A stretch of 64,000 bases of DNA from Ignavibacteriota bacterium (GTDB taxonomy: Bacteria > Bacteroidota > Ignavibacteria > UBA10030 > UBA6906), in contig CAWDEM010000008.1 of assembly GCA_963801355.1 (NCBI GenBank), positions 288,001 to 352,000 on the forward strand, written 5' to 3'. A model generated the notes under the pieces. It saw only the letters and a program-made list of their open reading frames with translations, was not told the origin of the DNA and searched no databases. Of this stretch, positions 46,197 through 56,634 are shown piece by piece; the stretch's first letter is position 1; each line of letters begins with the position of its first letter. The position numbers and the translations under genes were made by a program.

Positions 46197-47203
46197 GACC
46201 CAAGATGATCTTGTTCCTTGCCGTAATTGCAGTTATGGCTTTTGGACAATCCAGTATTCGCCCCCAGACCGGTGAAGCACGAACCAAAAAGGCTGACGGC
46301 TTGTCTATTTCACCTGCCGACTTCACGAAATCCGGTCTGGTCTATATAAGTCATGTGACCCTTGATTATGTGACGGTGCTTGACCCTGAAACCAATCGGT
46401 TCATTGGCAGAATCAAATCAGGAAATGGTCCTTGCTGCGTCGACCTTATGTCTGCAGGCGACCGCGGGTACATCGCCAACTATAGATCAAACGATGTAAC
46501 GGTCTTTGACAGGAAGACTGGAAAGACCATCGCAACAGTGCCGGCAGGCGAACATCCGTCTCATCTCAGCCTGACAACTGATTCAAGATTCTTGCTCATT
46601 GGTCACGAATCCAGCGACGGTCTCTGGTTCCTGGACACTCGTACAAACCAGATCACCAAGAAACTCTCAGAGGGAACTGGGATATTGTGCAGACTAGATC
46701 ACGGCAAGAAGATCTACCAGAGCCAGATCTTTATTCCGTACGTATTTGTGATAGACCCAGAGACCCAGATAGTTACAAAGAGGATCAATGTTGGCGGACG
46801 CCCTCTCGACCTTGCGTTCTCACCGGATCAGAAACATCTCTATATCGCAAATTATGACCTAAATGAACTGGAGGGCATCGATACGGAAACCGATTCCGTC
46901 GTTGTGAGAATTCCTCATGTGAGCAATGCACGCGGGATTGCCGTAACACGCGACGCCAGGTTTGCCTTCGTAACAAACGTCGAATCGTCAACCGTGACGG
47001 TCGTTGACCTGTCATCTGCAGAGATCGCAAAGGTTATCCCTGTGGGGGCGATGCCGACGTCGATTGCTTTACGTACCGACGGGAAACTTGCCTATGTGTC
47101 TTGTCAGGGTAGTGCCTCTGTTTTTGTCATAGACACGCAAACTCAGGAAATCGTTCGCTCAATTGTTGTTGAGAGTAATCCAATCCAAGTGCAGGTGAAG
47201 TAA
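46193..47203 (+). CDS. YncE/YVTN-type beta-propeller protein
   Basis: Signal peptide; repeats YIANYRSNDVTVFD, VGGRPLDLAFSPD, FVTNVESSTVTVVD, IPVGAMP. Confidence 0.88.
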   Translation: MRPKMILFLAVIAVMAFGQSSIRPQTGEARTKKADGLSISPADFTKSGLVYISHVTLDYVTVLDPETNRFIGRIKSGNGPCCVDLMSAGDRGYIANYRSNDVTVFDRKTGKTIATVPAGEHPSHLSLTTDSRFLLIGHESSDGLWFLDTRTNQITKKLSEGTGILCRLDHGKKIYQSQIFIPYVFVIDPETQIVTKRINVGGRPLDLAFSPDQKHLYIANYDLNELEGIDTETDSVVVRIPHVSNARGIAVTRDARFAFVTNVESSTVTVVDLSSAEIAKVIPVGAMPTSIALRTDGKLAYVSCQGSASVFVIDTQTQEIVRSIVVESNPIQVQVK

Positions 47204-47357
47204 TGTGACAGTTACGGATTTCCGCCACTACCGAGATCAGTACTTGCCATTTGACTATCCTTTCGTTTCCGCGTACCTTCTGGCAGAATCGTGGGTGAGC
47301 CCCCGCCCGCGATCGACTCTAAATGTTGTCGACTGACTGCAGCGGGAATTTGTGGTA

Positions 47358-47506
47358 TTATTGGCTCGATGTCTTCCGAACGACATTCTTTTTGTCGGTT
47401 CCCACCTTCGGCCGATATCGTCTTCCATGAACTCGATAGTCAAGTTGGTAGACGGTGGAGCCTTTGGATGACCGCCTTGCTTGAGAGTAACCTTTGGAGT
47501 GGCCAT
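47358..47506 (-). pseudogene. Probable remnant of a tyrosine-integrase N-terminal arm-binding domain
   Basis: MATPKVTLK then, after a frameshift, RRSSKGSTVYQLDYRVHGRRYRPKVGTDKKN; ~110 bp downstream of the tRNA 3' end, same strand. Confidence 0.5.
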
Positions 47507-47615
47507 GCTGTATCCCTACCTTTCCCTGTGGTTCCTTGAAAGATGGGCACGATTTGGACACGTGGCCAAGAGGTGAGCACTTTTGTGTAACAACGATGCG
47601 GGGGAAACGGAAGAG

Positions 47616-47702
47616 CGGAGAGGCAGGGATTCGAACCCTGGATACCGCAAGCGGTATACCGGTTTTCGAGACCGGCGCCTTCAACCACTCGGCCACCTCT
47701 CC
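47616..47702 (-). tRNA. tRNA-Ser (CGA)
   Basis: GGAGAGG/CCTCTCC acceptor stem, anticodon arm CCGGT-CTCGAAA-ACCGG, long variable arm, GGTTCGAATCC T-loop, G discriminator; CCA not encoded. Confidence 0.97.
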
Positions 47703-47717
47703 ATGGTTGAATTTAAA

Positions 47718-47746
47718 AATATACGCAAAGCTCTCCGGATCCGCAA
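47718..47746 (-). promoter_or_regulatory. Sigma70 promoter of tRNA-Ser (TTGCGG-N17-TATATT)
   Basis: Minus-strand -35 at 47746-47741 and -10 at 47723-47718. Confidence 0.65.
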
Positions 47747-47784
47747 CAGCAGCCGAGCAATCATCCCGTCCCCCGCGCACTTCG

Positions 47785-47813
47785 TTGCGATTGAGGCGCC
47801 CGGATTGTATATT
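47785..47813 (+). promoter_or_regulatory. Sigma70 promoter TTGCGA-N17-TATATT; likely leaderless gmd transcript
   Basis: -10 ends at 47813, ATG at 47819, no SD. Confidence 0.65.
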
Positions 47814-47818
47814 GAAAA

Positions 47819-48796
47819 ATGCCTCGCGCGCTCATAACGGGTATCACCGGCCAGGATGGCTCCTATCTCGCCGAACTCCTCCTTTCAAAGGGGTACGAAG
47901 TTCACGGCATTGTCCGCCGTGTCGCCCTTGAAGATCCTTCACACCGCATGTGGCGGATTAAGCACCTCCAGAACGACATCCAGTTGCATGCGGGCTCGCT
48001 TGAGAGTTTCCCGAGCATCTACCGGACGATCGTCAACGTCAAACCCGACGAGTGTTATCACCTCGCCGCACAGAGTTTTGTGAGCTATTCCTTCGAAGAT
48101 GAGTTCTCCACGCTGAACACGAACATCAATGGCACTCATTTCATGCTGACCGCCTTGCGCGACGCACGGCCGGAGTGCCGGTTCTATTTTGCTGGTTCGA
48201 GCGAGATGTTCGGCAAGGTGCGGGAAGTGCCGCAAAGTGAAAGCACATCGTTCCACCCGAGATCGTCGTACGGGATTTCCAAAGTCGCCGGATTTGACCT
48301 CACCCGGAACTACCGGGAAAGCTACGGGTTGTTTGCGGCGAACGGCATCCTCTTCAATCACGAGTCTCCCCGGCGCGGGTTTGAATTTGTTACACGAAAG
48401 ATCACCTACCAAACCGCGCGCATAGCACTGGGATTGGCGACCGAACTGCGGCTGGGAAACCTTGAGGCAAAACGGGATTGGGGGCACGCCAAGGAATACG
48501 TCCCCGCAATGTGGATGATGTTGCAGCAGAAGGAGCCGGATGATTATGTCGTCGCCACCGGCGAAGCGCATTCCGTCCGTGAGTTTTGTGAAGCCGCATT
48601 CGCGTACATCAACAAAGACTACCGCGATTTCGTTGTGGTAGACGACCGGTTCTTCCGTCCGGCCGAAGTGGAGGTGCTGAAAGGCGACAGCAGCAAAGCC
48701 CGGCGCGTGCTGGGATGGAACCCCCGGATCGGTTTCAGCGATATTGTGAAAGAGATGGTACAGACGGATATTGACTTGCTGAAGGAAGGGAAATAG
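47819..48796 (+). CDS. gmd: GDP-mannose 4,6-dehydratase (short form)
   Basis: [54 protein letters not shown]. Confidence 0.95.
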   Translation: MPRALITGITGQDGSYLAELLLSKGYEVHGIVRRVALEDPSHRMWRIKHLQNDIQLHAGSLESFPSIYRTIVNVKPDECYHLAAQSFVSYSFEDEFSTLNTNINGTHFMLTALRDARPECRFYFAGSSEMFGKVREVPQSESTSFHPRSSYGISKVAGFDLTRNYRESYGLFAANGILFNHESPRRGFEFVTRKITYQTARIALGLATELRLGNLEAKRDWGHAKEYVPAMWMMLQQKEPDDYVVATGEAHSVREFCEAAFAYINKDYRDFVVVDDRFFRPAEVEVLKGDSSKARRVLGWNPRIGFSDIVKEMVQTDIDLLKEGK

Positions 48797-48800
48797 GCAC

Positions 48801-49862
48801 GTGGCACTTTCCGACCCGACCATGACCCGCGCACTCATTACTGGTATCACCGGACAGGATGGCTCGTATCTCGCAGAGCTGCTGCTCGAAAAGGGATACG
48901 AAGTTCACGGCATCATCCGCCGCAGCAGCTCATTCAACACCGGACGCATCGATCATATCTACAATGACCCGGAGATTTCGGGCAAGCGGTTCTTCCTGCA
49001 CTACGGAGATCTCACCGACACGAGCAATCTCAACCGTCTGCTTGAAAAGGTTGAGCCAGATGAGATTTACAACCTTGCCGCCCAGAGCCACGTCAAGGTC
49101 TCATTCGAGCTGCCGGAGTACACAGCCGAAGTAGACGCCGTCGGGACGCTACGCTTCCTGGATGGAATTCGGGAGACCGGCTTGAAGACGCGGTTCTATC
49201 AGGCATCCACCAGCGAGCTATACGGAAAAGTGCAGGAAGTGCCGCAGAACGAGAAGACCCCGTTCTATCCGCGCAGCCCATACGGTGTGGCCAAACTCTA
49301 TGCCTACTGGATCGTCGTGAACTACCGTGAAGCGTACGGTCTTTACGCAACGAATGGGATTTTATTCAATCACGAGTCCCCGCGTCGTGGTGAGACGTTT
49401 GTCACGCGAAAGATCACACTCGCCGCAGCGCGCATCAAGCTGGGACTCCAGAAGAAGCTCACGATCGGTAACCTGAGCTCGCAGCGCGACTGGGGATATG
49501 CGCCGGAGTACGTCGAAGGGATGTGGCGCATACTGCAGCATCCGCAACCAGGAGACTACGTCATGGCGACCGGCGAGAAACACACCGTGCGGGAGTTTGT
49601 CGACCGGTCATTCGCCGAGCTCGGCATGCCGTTGGAGTGGAAGGGCGAAGCGGAGAATGAGAAGGGGGTAGCAGCCTCCACGGGAGAGGTGGTGGTGGAA
49701 GTCGACCCCCGGTATTACCGGCCGACTGAAGTAGAACTTCTCATCGGCGATTCAACGAAGGCACACACGGAACTGGGTTGGATGCCGAAGACCCACTTCC
49801 GGGAATTAGTCCGCATCATGGTGCAGGCCGATTTGGAGAAAGTAAGGAAGCGCGGGTTCTGA
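48801..49862 (+). CDS. gmd: GDP-mannose 4,6-dehydratase (long form); start 48801 or 48822
   Basis: [60 protein letters not shown]. Confidence 0.97.
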   Translation: MALSDPTMTRALITGITGQDGSYLAELLLEKGYEVHGIIRRSSSFNTGRIDHIYNDPEISGKRFFLHYGDLTDTSNLNRLLEKVEPDEIYNLAAQSHVKVSFELPEYTAEVDAVGTLRFLDGIRETGLKTRFYQASTSELYGKVQEVPQNEKTPFYPRSPYGVAKLYAYWIVVNYREAYGLYATNGILFNHESPRRGETFVTRKITLAAARIKLGLQKKLTIGNLSSQRDWGYAPEYVEGMWRILQHPQPGDYVMATGEKHTVREFVDRSFAELGMPLEWKGEAENEKGVAASTGEVVVEVDPRYYRPTEVELLIGDSTKAHTELGWMPKTHFRELVRIMVQADLEKVRKRGF

Positions 49863-49946
49863 GCAGTTGTGCTCAGAAATTTGGACGTGGCGATTTTGGG
49901 TCGCATCATCTGTTCTCGAACTGCATTATGAATCCCTAACCTTTAG

Positions 49947-50951
<1,005 letters not shown>

Positions 50952-50959
50952 AATCTACC

Positions 50960-51154
50960 ATGCCTTCTCCGACAGAAATCCAGACCTCCATACTCCGGCA
51001 TATGACGCCGGAAGAGAAGCTCAGGGCAGCGACTCAGCTATTTTGGTCTGCGTGGGGGTTGAAAGAGGGGTACGTGCGGTCAATGCATCCCGAATGGACT
51101 GCGAAAGAAGTGAACGAAGAAGTCAAGAGGTGGATGCAGAGTGGAACAGAATAG
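50960..51154 (+). CDS. 64-aa protein, putative partner of the downstream nucleotidyltransferase
   Basis: LRHMTPEEKL..RSMHPEWT..EV; overlaps the next gene. Confidence 0.65.
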   Translation: MPSPTEIQTSILRHMTPEEKLRAATQLFWSAWGLKEGYVRSMHPEWTAKEVNEEVKRWMQSGTE

Positions 51155-51710
51155 TCCGCTGTTGATGTTGTTCCTACGCCCGCTGAACGGGTCTGGGATC
51201 GTGTACATGGTGACGGGTTCAGCGGCGGCGATGGTGTACGGAGAGCCGCGGATGACGTATGATGTCGACATCGTCATTGAGATGCATCTGGGGGAATCTT
51301 CGAGTGTGGCCCAATTATTTCCGGCGGAGGTGTTCTATGTACCGCCCCCGGAAATTCTGGAGGGGGCCTTCAGAGGGACGGGGCCGGGGCATTTCAATGT
51401 GATTCACATGACGACAGGGTTCAAGGCGGACTTCTATATAAGCAGGGGTGAAGCTCTTCACCGATGGGGTCTGGATCGCCGGGAGAAGGTTATGGTGGAA
51501 GGTGAGCCCGCGTGGTTGGCGCCCCCTGAGTACGTGATAATCCGTAAGCTCCAGTATTTTCGCGAGGGCGGGAGCGAAAAGCACATACGAGATATCAAGA
51601 ACATGTTGCGGATTTCAGCGGATAGGATAGATCGAGCAGTCCTCCAACGCTTGGCTGAAGAGAATGATGTTGGCGAGCTTATGCTTGCTCAACTTGGTGA
51701 TAATTTGTAG
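51141..51710 (+). CDS. Minimal nucleotidyltransferase-fold protein
   Basis: YMVTGS.A..YGEPRMTYDVDIV (GS..DxD), PEYVIIRKL, SEKHIRDI. Confidence 0.8.
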   Translation: MEQNSPLLMLFLRPLNGSGIVYMVTGSAAAMVYGEPRMTYDVDIVIEMHLGESSSVAQLFPAEVFYVPPPEILEGAFRGTGPGHFNVIHMTTGFKADFYISRGEALHRWGLDRREKVMVEGEPAWLAPPEYVIIRKLQYFREGGSEKHIRDIKNMLRISADRIDRAVLQRLAEENDVGELMLAQLGDNL

Positions 51711-51715
51711 GTCAA

Positions 51716-51731
51716 TGGCACGTCATTTGCT
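51716..51731 (+). promoter_or_regulatory. Consensus sigma54 promoter TGGCACG-TCAT-TTGCT
   Basis: Exact match to TGGCACG-N4-TTGCW, intergenic, 100 bp upstream of the epimerase ATG. Confidence 0.8.
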
Positions 51732-51830
51732 GCCAGCTAGGGTGTGATTGGCGACGTTCGTACGGAATGTGTGCCAATTTGGCCGAAATCTGCTCTCAAA
51801 CACAAGTCCAACCCATCTGTGGAAGAAGAA

Positions 51831-52811
51831 ATGGAAAAGCAAAAGTCAGCTCTAGTGTGTGGTGCAGGAGGCTTTATTGGAAGTCATCTTGTCAAACGGC
51901 TGAAGCGCGAGGGATACTGGGTACGTGGGGTGGATCTGAAGTATCCGGAATTCAGTCCCACCGCGGCAGATGATTTTGTCATTGGCGACCTTCGTGATCA
52001 GAATGTGTGCAAGAACATCACCGATCGGAAGTTTGATGAGTTATATCAACTTGCAGCGGACATGGGTGGGGCAGGGTACATTTTTTCGGGCAACCATGAT
52101 GCCGACGTAATGCATAACTCGGCGACCATCAACCTGAACATGGCAGACCGGGCGAGGGCTACGGGACTGGGCAAGGTTTTCTATTCTTCTTCCGCGTGTA
52201 TGTATCCTGAATACAACCAGATGGATCCGGACAACCCGAAGTGTTCCGAGGATTCGGCGTATCCTGCGGCTCCCGACAGTGAATACGGGTGGGAGAAGCT
52301 CTTCAGCGAGAGGCTATTCCTTGCCTATATGCGGAACTATGGACTTCCTGTTCGTATAGCCCGTTTCCACAACATCTTCGGGCCTGACGGGACGTGGCAG
52401 GGTGGCCGTGAGAAGGCGCCGGCTGCGTTATGCCGAAAAGTTGCTCGCCGCTCCGATGGTGGTGAAATCGAAATTTGGGGAGATGGTTTGCAGACCCGGT
52501 CGTTCCTGTACATAGACGAGTGTCTGGAGGGTGTGCGCCGGCTGATGCAGAGTGAATTCACGGGCCCTGTGAATATCGGTTCCGAAGAGATGGTAACGAT
52601 AAACCAGTTGGCTGAAATGGCGATGGGGATTGCGGGGAAGAAGTTGCGGTTGAATCACATCAAAGGTCCTCTGGGTGTCCGTGGCCGCAACTCGGACAAT
52701 CGTCTGATCCGGGAGAAGCTTGGTTGGGAACCATCGCACAAACTCAGTGAAGGATTGAAGGTCACGTATAAGTGGATTGCGGAGCAGCTTAAGGCGACGA
52801 AGAAGGGGTAG
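51831..52811 (+). CDS. NAD-dependent epimerase, GDP-mannose 3,5-epimerase-like
   Basis: GAGGFIG, LAADMGG.G, SSSACMYPE, YGWEK, RFHNIFGP.GTWQGGREKAPAA.CRK, GVRGRNSDN. Confidence 0.88.
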   Translation: MEKQKSALVCGAGGFIGSHLVKRLKREGYWVRGVDLKYPEFSPTAADDFVIGDLRDQNVCKNITDRKFDELYQLAADMGGAGYIFSGNHDADVMHNSATINLNMADRARATGLGKVFYSSSACMYPEYNQMDPDNPKCSEDSAYPAAPDSEYGWEKLFSERLFLAYMRNYGLPVRIARFHNIFGPDGTWQGGREKAPAALCRKVARRSDGGEIEIWGDGLQTRSFLYIDECLEGVRRLMQSEFTGPVNIGSEEMVTINQLAEMAMGIAGKKLRLNHIKGPLGVRGRNSDNRLIREKLGWEPSHKLSEGLKVTYKWIAEQLKATKKG

Positions 52812-53728
52812 CGGGAAGTGCTCAGTCGAATACGGAGCCGGTTCCGTGACGGGAGTGGGACTTGGGGTCATGCGACTCACTGGAAAAACAAGGTGTGGAG
52901 AGACAGAGCTCTCCCAAACCCTGACGTCCCACTCGCCTGGAGTTCGAGGCTGATCAATGGAGTCCAAATGTTCACCTCGGCGCCGGCCAGCCACGTAAGT
53001 AACCTGAATAGGAATTTAGAAAAAGTGAGGGGGGATCTCGAACGTAACGACCAATTCTGCGGCCTGGATAGTAGCGATGCATTGAGAGGGGATCGAGGTT
53101 TCAGCGAAATCACTTCCCAAGAAAGGTTACCAAGGACGCTCGAGTCGCATGAGACTGAGAGAGGCAAGAGGTCAAGGGGGTTGCAGGTTGGAATCGGTTA
53201 GCTGAGAATAGTGTGTTTGTGTTGACGTGAGGCTGTCGATCTCATCTGATATGTCAGTCATAGACATCGTTCAAATCTCCAGCCTTTACCTCTCACTTCT
53301 TTACTTCCATCTTCATCTTTTTCGTAACCGGGTCATGGAAAACGCCCGGTGGCAAAAGATTTCGATTGAATGCATGGCTCATTTCCATCAGAACATCAAA
53401 AGCCTTTGCCGCTCTCGAAGAATACAAGACTCAAGCCTGCTTGACTGTGGACCCTACTGCCTCCAATTATTACGCCTTGGACGCTCGATCTCTGGAGACG
53501 ATCTCTGGTGTCGACCCTCTCGCTTGTAGTATCTCGCGACGAAGGTGTCATCGATGATGTTCAAGTGAATTGGACGCGACCTAGGGACCTGAATCTGGGT
53601 GAAGCGTCCGTACCTAGTAGGACATCGATTGTGTGAAAGACTGACTCAGAGTTGTTCAAATTGGACCCCAATCCGGGGCCGTTCTTTGAAAATTTCACGA
53701 CGGCCCCGCCGACAATAGAACAGCACTC

Positions 53729-55069
53729 ATGAGAAGTCCATTCTATCTTGTGACAAGGAAGATTATCGACAACTCATTGTGGCAGCCCATCTTCAGGTCC
53801 GGTGGGGTTGGAATTGTTAACAGGTTTTCGAGCATTGGCATCCGTTTGGTGACTATTCCACTGATGGTCAACTATCTTGGATCAGAGGGGTTTGGGCTGT
53901 CAATGACCATCGCATCCATTTCTGGATACATCTCTTTGTTGGATTTCGGCCTCGCCTCAGCGTTGGTTAACAGACTCACGAGTTGCTACGTTACCGGGAG
54001 CAAGGACGAGGCAAACCGCTATATCACGGCCGGTATGGTGCTTTTGGCGCTTGTTTCAATCTGTGTGGCGGTGCCCGCAGTTGCTGCGATCGGGTGTGTT
54101 GACTGGGCATCTTTGCTCAAACTGAGCACGGTCACAAATGGAGAGGCATCGTTGGCCATTTCAATTGCGACGATTGTCTTTCTTGTGCAGCTTCCTCTTT
54201 CGGTAGTTCTTAAGGTTCCGTATGCCATGCAACGGGGAAGCTTGAGCGAGGCATATCTCATGATTGGCAACGTTTTGTGCTTTCTAGGGCTCTTGTTGGG
54301 AATCGGATTGTCGTGGTCACTGTCATTCATTTTGCTGTTTTTAATCGGGGGAATGACCGTGGCTTCTCTCACCCTTCTGTTGCGTTTGGTTGCCGGAAAT
54401 GAGATTTCGCTTAAGTCCGACAGTCTCTCCGGCCTTAAGTCTCTTCTGAATGAATCCAGAATAGAAGGCTATGATTTCTTTGTCATGCAAGCCGCTGGTC
54501 TTCTGATGACTGCACTGCAATTCACAATACTGGCTTTTTATCATGGAGCCACGGCTGTTGCCACTTTTTCGCTGCTGTACCAGGCCTCAATCGCAGTACA
54601 GACTCCATTTGTTGTGGTGGTCCAGCCCATGTGGACGAAAGTTGCTGAGCTCGCAAAGCGGAAAGAGCATGAAAGTATTAGATCGCTCCTACATGGCTAT
54701 TTCTATATGGCCAGCACATATAGTATACTGGCCTTTGTGTTCTTTCTTTTCTTCATTGATCCTATCTTGGCACTCGTTCTCCGATCGCCCATGCCCCTTC
54801 CCTTAGATTTGCGTGTAGGCTTCGCTATCATGACGACCTTGGGACTTGTCTTCGGAGGTGGGCTTGGCGCAGTGATATTGGGCATGAATTTGACGCGTCA
54901 AATGGCAGTGATTGCCATCGCTCAATTTGTGGTATATCTCTTCGTGTCCTTTGCAGCCGTTCCTCATTTCGCAGCTCTCGGGACGATACTTGCAATCTGT
55001 GCTGGATATGCTGTAGGCGCTCCAGGCTCCTTGTGGCTTGTCCGCAGGAACCTCAACAGCTCGGTATGA
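53729..55069 (+). CDS. wzx: Oligosaccharide flippase (Wzx/MOP family)
   Basis: YLGSEGFGL, LLDFGL; roughly 12 hydrophobic segments. Confidence 0.82.
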   Translation: MRSPFYLVTRKIIDNSLWQPIFRSGGVGIVNRFSSIGIRLVTIPLMVNYLGSEGFGLSMTIASISGYISLLDFGLASALVNRLTSCYVTGSKDEANRYITAGMVLLALVSICVAVPAVAAIGCVDWASLLKLSTVTNGEASLAISIATIVFLVQLPLSVVLKVPYAMQRGSLSEAYLMIGNVLCFLGLLLGIGLSWSLSFILLFLIGGMTVASLTLLLRLVAGNEISLKSDSLSGLKSLLNESRIEGYDFFVMQAAGLLMTALQFTILAFYHGATAVATFSLLYQASIAVQTPFVVVVQPMWTKVAELAKRKEHESIRSLLHGYFYMASTYSILAFVFFLFFIDPILALVLRSPMPLPLDLRVGFAIMTTLGLVFGGGLGAVILGMNLTRQMAVIAIAQFVVYLFVSFAAVPHFAALGTILAICAGYAVGAPGSLWLVRRNLNSSV

Positions 55070-55152
55070 TCGTAGCGCCGCCGAAGTCAGACTGAGGGTT
55101 ACCAGAACAGTCGTCAAACGCAAGTCCACCTACGTAACATCTGGCAGCATAA

Positions 55153-56376
55153 ATGGGCAAGAGTCTCTTCGTACAACGGACTTATGGACTAAGAAATGCC
55201 ATACGAGGCATAGTCGGGTATCGCTTTCTATCCAACGTTAACCAAGTTCAGGAGTCTTTGTACTCCAAACGAGCTCTATTGGTCTACATGACAAAACCCT
55301 TCCAGCTGGAAGAGGATGATCCTTTGTTCCTCGGCCATCAGAACCTGAAGCAAAGCAGACAAATCGCGATGGTTCTCAACGACTTGGGATACGTTGTCGA
55401 TGTGGCACATTACCGTGATCGTCGATTCAAGGCAAGAGCGATTTATGACCTTGTTATTAGCCATAAGGTAACCACGGAGGGTTTGACACCAGCCCTCGGT
55501 AAGGGTGCAAGAATAGTGTATTTGGCGACTGGTATGAATCACGCCATTCATAATCGGAATATGCGGGCTCGCTTCGACGAACTGAGGAAACGAAGACAAT
55601 GCAAGATGGCGCTACCACGACCAAACCAGGAATCCATGCCATTTGTTTCGATGGCGAATGCGATTATTGGTCTCGGGAATCAGCATACCGCAGGCTCGTG
55701 GGCTCAAGCCACCGACGCTGTCATCTATTTTCTAAACAACTATGGTTTTGCTTCAACTCGCGCAGAGATTGAATCGAAGAAATATGAATCGGCGAGAAAA
55801 GGATTCGTATTCTTTGCTAGTGGGCCGCAATTGAACAAAGGCTTGGACCTGTTGCTTGAGGTCTTTCCAAAACACCCGGCCCTGCAATTGTATGTATGCA
55901 GCGGATTCCGCATCGAGAGAGACTTTTGTTCGTGTTATCGAAAAGAACTGTTCGAAACTCCAAATATACATCCGATCGGCTGGGTGCAAGTCAATAGTGA
56001 TGAATTCTACAGTGTCATGACAAAATCAGCCTTCATAATACACCCCACGTGTTCAGAAGGCCAACCTGGTTCGGTCGTGCAATGCATGTCGGCTGGTCTG
56101 ATACCATTGGTCACCAAAGAATGCGGCATTGACACAGAGGACTTTGGCGTAACAATCGGAGGTAGCGGTCTCGATGAGATAGAGGCCATCATCCAAGAGA
56201 TGTCTGAAAAGAGTGCTGAAATGCTGAAGTCGATCAGCAAGAGGGTCGTTGCTGTTTGTGCAATGAGATTTGACGAGCAACATTTTGTCGAGCGATGGCG
56301 GGAGATTGTTCATGCGATCGAAATGCAAGAGATTCCCGAGGCCGTCCATCCTTCAATCCGAGTAAACAACCCATAA
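55153..56376 (+). CDS. Glycosyltransferase (GT-B, family 4-like)
   Basis: KGLDLLLEVF, PTCSEG..SVVQCMSAGLIP. Confidence 0.8.
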   Translation: MGKSLFVQRTYGLRNAIRGIVGYRFLSNVNQVQESLYSKRALLVYMTKPFQLEEDDPLFLGHQNLKQSRQIAMVLNDLGYVVDVAHYRDRRFKARAIYDLVISHKVTTEGLTPALGKGARIVYLATGMNHAIHNRNMRARFDELRKRRQCKMALPRPNQESMPFVSMANAIIGLGNQHTAGSWAQATDAVIYFLNNYGFASTRAEIESKKYESARKGFVFFASGPQLNKGLDLLLEVFPKHPALQLYVCSGFRIERDFCSCYRKELFETPNIHPIGWVQVNSDEFYSVMTKSAFIIHPTCSEGQPGSVVQCMSAGLIPLVTKECGIDTEDFGVTIGGSGLDEIEAIIQEMSEKSAEMLKSISKRVVAVCAMRFDEQHFVERWREIVHAIEMQEIPEAVHPSIRVNNP

Positions 56377-56634
56377 TTGAAGCCATTGCTATATACCAAA
56401 TTGGTCCTGACGAATGTGGACGCTGAATTCATGGACAGAGCGTGATGACTTAGAAATGAACCATCCTGTGATAGCTCCCACCCGTAAGTGTTGTCACGGG
56501 ACGTAATGGAGCGATGATCTTCGTGGGAGACAGCAGGAGAGGATAACGAGTGCATCCGTGGAGGATGGGCAAAAGGAGATTAACTGGATGTGCGGTTATC
56601 TGCATAGCGTTGTGCCAGGTCGAGAATCTGTCGC

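Noticed and set aside
47616-47702. tRNA-Sec or suppressor tRNA; att duplication of its 3' end
   Set aside because: The anticodon is CGA with a normal 7-bp acceptor stem; I saw no second copy of the 3' end in the window
52877-53167. Transposase remnant on the minus strand
   Set aside because: Only a vague resemblance; no catalytic motif or inverted repeats
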